Positions 40,692 through 44,320 of a stretch of 44,320 nt of DNA are shown one piece after another. Numbering within the stretch: position 1 is the first letter of the stretch; each line of letters starts with the position of its first letter. A program made the position numbers and the translations under genes. The notes under the pieces were generated by a model, which was given only the letters and a program-made list of their open reading frames with translations, ran no database searches and had not been told where the DNA came from. Source of the stretch: Gammaproteobacteria bacterium (lineage in GTDB: Bacteria; Pseudomonadota; Gammaproteobacteria; Steroidobacterales; Steroidobacteraceae); NCBI GenBank assembly GCA_029865465.1, contig JAOUGW010000001.1, positions 1 through 44,320 on the forward strand. Direction: 5' to 3'.

Positions 40692-42215
40692 ATGCGCATG
40701 ACCAGTTCCGTCCTCATGACCGCTCTCCTGCTGGCCTCCAGCCGGTTGCTGGCCGCCGACGTGCTGCTGACGAACGTCGTCGTCTACGACGGCACGGGCA
40801 GCGAGCCGCTGCGCGGCGACGTGCGCATCGAGGGCGAGCGGATCGTCGCCATCGCCCCGCACCTGCCAGCGAAGGGCGGCGAGACGGTGCTCGACCAGCG
40901 TGGGCTCGCGCTCGCGCCCGGCTTCATCGACATGCACAGCCATGGCGACGGTGACCTCGTCGACGACCTCGACGCTGCGGCGGTCTCCCGGCAGGGTGTC
41001 ACCACGATCCTCGTGGGGCAGGACGGCGATTCGAAGTTTCCGCTGCGCGATTATTTCGCCGGGCTGAGCGCCAATCCGCCCGCGATCAACCTCGCGAGCA
41101 TGGCGGGTCACGCGACGATTCGCGGGCAGGTGATGGGCAAGGACCTCTACCGCGCCTCCACGCCCGCGGAACTCGCGCAGATGAAGACACTGCTCGCGCG
41201 GGAACTGGCGGCCGGGGCGTTCGGCTTGTCGACCGGCCTCGAGTACGAAGCAGCGCACTTCGCCACCACCGACGAAGTCATCGACCTGGCCAGGGTCGCG
41301 GCCGAAGCCCGGGGTTTCTACATCAGCCACGTCCGCGACGAAGCGAGTCGCACCTTCGATTCGTTCGACGAAGTGCTGCGCATCGGCCGCGAAGCGCAGG
41401 TGCCGGTCCAGATCACCCACATCAAGATGGGCTCGACGTCGGTCTGGCACCAGGCAGCGAAGCGCATGCCGGAGTACTTCGAACGCGCGCGGCGGGAAGG
41501 CGTCGACCTCAAGGCTGACGTGTATCCCTACACGTTCTGGCACGCCACGATCCGCGTGATCGTGTCCGACCGTGACTACTTCAATCCACGGAAGGTCGAG
41601 CAGGCGCTGGCGGAGAATGGCGGTGCGCAGAACATCCGCATCGTGAACTACGCACCCGAGCCAGCGCTCGCCGGCAAGACGCTCGCCGGGATCGCCTCGC
41701 ACTGGCGCGTGACGCCGGTCGAGGCCTACATGCGCATCATCAGGACCACGGGCGGCGCGGACGGACCCAACGAGCAGGACGTGAACGTGCTCGGCACCTC
41801 GATGAGCGAGGATGACGTGCGCTGGTTCATCGCGCATCCGCAGATCATGTTCTGCACCGACGGCGAGCTGCACGGCGCGCACCCGCGCGGCGCGGGCTCC
41901 TTTCCGAGGATCCTCGGGCACTACGTGCGCGAGGAGAAGCTGCTGCCGCTGGCACTGGCGATCCACAAGATGACCGGTCTCCCGGCCGCGCAACTGGGCC
42001 TCGCGGATCGTGGCCGCATCGCGCCTGGCTACGTCGCCGATCTCGTCGTGTTCGATCCGGCCACGGTGATCGACCGCTCCACGGTCGAGAATCCAGTGGC
42101 GCCACCGCTCGGCATTCCGGCCGTGATGGTGAGCGGCGAATGGGTCGTGCGCGACGGTGCCGTGACCGGCAAGCGTCCCGGCCGCGTCCTGCGCAGCGCG
42201 GCGTTCAAGCCTTGA
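40692..42215 (+). CDS. N-acyl-D-amino-acid deacylase (D-aminoacylase, amidohydrolase superfamily) with signal peptide
   Basis: PGFIDMHSHGD metal-binding motif and D-aminoacylase-like blocks throughout. N-terminus MRMTSSVLMTALLLASSRLLAAD. AGGTGG SD before ATG 40692. Confidence 0.85.
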   Translation: MRMTSSVLMTALLLASSRLLAADVLLTNVVVYDGTGSEPLRGDVRIEGERIVAIAPHLPAKGGETVLDQRGLALAPGFIDMHSHGDGDLVDDLDAAAVSRQGVTTILVGQDGDSKFPLRDYFAGLSANPPAINLASMAGHATIRGQVMGKDLYRASTPAELAQMKTLLARELAAGAFGLSTGLEYEAAHFATTDEVIDLARVAAEARGFYISHVRDEASRTFDSFDEVLRIGREAQVPVQITHIKMGSTSVWHQAAKRMPEYFERARREGVDLKADVYPYTFWHATIRVIVSDRDYFNPRKVEQALAENGGAQNIRIVNYAPEPALAGKTLAGIASHWRVTPVEAYMRIIRTTGGADGPNEQDVNVLGTSMSEDDVRWFIAHPQIMFCTDGELHGAHPRGAGSFPRILGHYVREEKLLPLALAIHKMTGLPAAQLGLADRGRIAPGYVADLVVFDPATVIDRSTVENPVAPPLGIPAVMVSGEWVVRDGAVTGKRPGRVLRSAAFKP

Positions 42216-42261
42216 ACGGCCTGGCCGTCGACGTTCCCACGAACTTCAGGCTCTGACGCAC

Positions 42262-43269
42262 ATGCTCGTCCTGCGCAAACCCTACCTGCTCTACCTCGGC
42301 GATGCCGTCCTGAAGTCGGACTGCAAGACAGCCTTCGGTCTGCGCGACTGGTGCGGCCAGGACGTGATCGGGGAGTGGTCGCATCCTGCCGCGAAGGTCA
42401 CCCTCGACCTGCCGCGTCTTTCCCCGGCGGAGGCCGCGCGCCAGGGCGCGGGTTCGATCGTCGTGGGCGTTGCGCCGACCGGAGGTTTGCTGCCGGAGCA
42501 CTGGCAGGACGATCTCGAAGCGGCACTCGCTGCCGGCCTCGACGCCGTGAGCGGCCTGCACACACGATTGACGTCGCTCCCGCGGCTTGCGCGCGCCGCG
42601 GCGCGCGCCGGGACGCACCTGGTGGATGTGCGCAACCCGCCACGCGCGTATCCGGTCGGCAGCGGGCGCAAGCGCCCCGGCCGGCGCGTGCTGACGGTCG
42701 GCACCGACTGCGCGCTCGGCAAGAAGTACACGGCACTGGCGCTCACGCGCGCGCTGCAAGCGAAAGGAGCGGCAGCGACGTTCCGCGCCACGGGCCAGAC
42801 CGGCATCATGATCGCGGGCAGCGGCATCCCGATGGATGCGCTGGTCGCGGACTTTCTCGCGGGCGCCGCGGAAGCGCTCTCGCCGGACAACGATCCTGAG
42901 CACTGGGACGTGATCGAAGGCCAGGGTTCGTTGCTGCATCCCGCGTACGCGGCCGTGACGCTGGGCCTGCTGCACGGCTCCCAGCCGGACGCGATCGTGC
43001 TGTGCCACGCCCCCGACCGCGTCACGATCGAGGAATACCCGGACTATCCGATACCCCCGCTGCCGCAGGTGATCGACGATTATCTCCGCGCCGGCCGGCT
43101 GACAAGCCGCCACATTCGCTGCGTCGGCGTAAGCATCAACTCCTCCACCCTCGACGATGGCGGGTGGCGACACTATCGGGAGCAGCTCGAGCGGGAGCTG
43201 CGGTTGCCGGTCTGCGACCCGATGCGCGGCGGAGTGGATGCCATCGCCAATGCGCTGCTCAACGGATGA
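42262..43269 (+). CDS. dgcN: DUF1611-family N-acetyltransferase (DgcN-like)
   Basis: 335 aa with a DUF1611-type pattern (VLTVGTDCALGKKYTALAL, WDVIEGQGSLLHPAY). It is paired with an enolase-superfamily epimerase. Confidence 0.7.
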   Translation: MLVLRKPYLLYLGDAVLKSDCKTAFGLRDWCGQDVIGEWSHPAAKVTLDLPRLSPAEAARQGAGSIVVGVAPTGGLLPEHWQDDLEAALAAGLDAVSGLHTRLTSLPRLARAAARAGTHLVDVRNPPRAYPVGSGRKRPGRRVLTVGTDCALGKKYTALALTRALQAKGAAATFRATGQTGIMIAGSGIPMDALVADFLAGAAEALSPDNDPEHWDVIEGQGSLLHPAYAAVTLGLLHGSQPDAIVLCHAPDRVTIEEYPDYPIPPLPQVIDDYLRAGRLTSRHIRCVGVSINSSTLDDGGWRHYREQLERELRLPVCDPMRGGVDAIANALLNG

Positions 43270-44249
43270 TCGAGGTCGCGACCGACATCGAACGCTGGGA
43301 GCTGGTCGAGCCGTTCGTGACGGCGCGCGATTCGTACACGCACGTGCCGGTGCTCGTCGTGCGGCTGACCGGTCCCGGCGGGCAGCGGGGATGGGCGGAG
43401 GCCGCAGGCGTCGATTACGACGGGGAGACTCCTGCATCGATGGCGGCGCAGATCGAAGTCGTGCGTGGCGCGCTGCACGCCCGGCTGACGGGCCCGGAAC
43501 TGCTCGACCTCCTGCCTGCCGGTGGCGCACGCAACGCCCTCGATTGCGCGTTGTGGGACCTGCGTGCGAAGGAAACCGGCAGCCCCGTCTGGCAGCTCGC
43601 CGGACTGCCCGCACCGCGTCCGGTGACCACGGCATTCACGATCGGCCTGGGCGACGAGCCGGAGGTGCGGCGGAAGGCGCGGCAGGCCCGGGACTATCCG
43701 TTGCTGAAACTCAAGGTCGACACTGAACGCCACGTCGATCTCGTGCGCATCGTGCGGGAGGTGCACCCTGCCGCCCGCGTCATCGTCGACGCCAATCAGA
43801 GCTGGACGCGTGCGTTGCTCGAGCAACTGCTCCCGCAACTGCATGAGCTGGGCGTCGAACTGGTCGAGCAACCCGTTCGCCGCGGCGACGACGCAACGCT
43901 CGATGGCCTGCGCAGTCCCGTTCCGGTCGCGGCGGACGAGTCCTGCACCGATCGTCGCTCGCTCGCCGGGCTGGCTGGACGCTACCAGTCCGTCAACATC
44001 AAGCTGGACAAGTGCGGCGGACTGACGGAGGCCCTCGCGATGTGCGCGGAGGCGAGGCGCCTCGGTCTTGGCCTGATGGTCGGCAACATGTGCGGTACGT
44101 CGCTCGCCATGGCGCCGGGATTCCTGGTCGCCCAGGCGTGCGCCGTCACGGACCTGGATGGCCCGTTGCTGCAGCGACTGGATCGGCACCACCCGATCCG
44201 TTTCGAGCGCGGCGTCATGCAAGTGCCGGATCCCGCGCTCTGGGGCTGA
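43266..44249 (+). CDS. dgcA: Enolase-superfamily dipeptide-epimerase-like racemase (N-acetyl-D-Glu racemase DgcA-like)
   Basis: Begins MIEVATDIERWELVEPFVTARDSY.... Contains KLKV, VDANQSW, VEQP and DES blocks typical of MR/MLE-type epimerases. ATG 43266 overlaps the dgcN stop (ATGA). Confidence 0.75.
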   Translation: MIEVATDIERWELVEPFVTARDSYTHVPVLVVRLTGPGGQRGWAEAAGVDYDGETPASMAAQIEVVRGALHARLTGPELLDLLPAGGARNALDCALWDLRAKETGSPVWQLAGLPAPRPVTTAFTIGLGDEPEVRRKARQARDYPLLKLKVDTERHVDLVRIVREVHPAARVIVDANQSWTRALLEQLLPQLHELGVELVEQPVRRGDDATLDGLRSPVPVAADESCTDRRSLAGLAGRYQSVNIKLDKCGGLTEALAMCAEARRLGLGLMVGNMCGTSLAMAPGFLVAQACAVTDLDGPLLQRLDRHHPIRFERGVMQVPDPALWG

Positions 44250-44320
44250 GCACCGCCACTAACATCGGGGGATCGCTGGCCGACTGGTGCAGCAACCAGC
44301 CCCTGAACGCTGCGACGTGG

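Overview
GC-rich (roughly two-thirds G+C by eye) chromosomal segment with gammaproteobacterial-type gene order. It carries the conserved replication-origin-proximal housekeeping set: mnmG, rsmG, parA, parB, atpIBEFHAGDC and glmU. That set is interrupted. About 22 kb of metabolic genes lie between mnmG and rsmG: an orphan family-5 peptide-binding protein, cytochrome c4, yhdH-cysD-cysNC, a methylcitrate-cycle cluster (regulator, prpB, prpC, acnD, prpF and a decayed prpD), and an ABC ATPase next to a permease fused to an M1 aminopeptidase. A PagL-like gene sits on the opposite strand between parA and parB. The 3' end holds a D-aminoacylase/dgcN/dgcA D-amino-acid cluster. I found no rRNA, tRNA, CRISPR array, transposase or phage gene. 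Six non-genic or unusual signals deserve follow-up. (1) A 467-bp mirror-symmetric cluster of nested palindromes fills the cysNC/regulator gap; it has an invariant 18-nt loop and variable, perfectly self-complementary arms. (2) Canonical G-quadruplex motifs sit exactly at two gene junctions (atpD/atpC and prpC/acnD), and G-tract/C-tract inverted repeats lie upstream of the atp promoter. (3) An AT-rich CACTAGTCACT repeat precedes both atpD and atpC. (4) The ABC/M1-peptidase fusion pair. (5) The internally deleted PrpD homologue. (6) A histone-H1-like tail on a WS/DGAT acyltransferase. All functional calls rest on motif and family recognition by eye, because no searches could be run.
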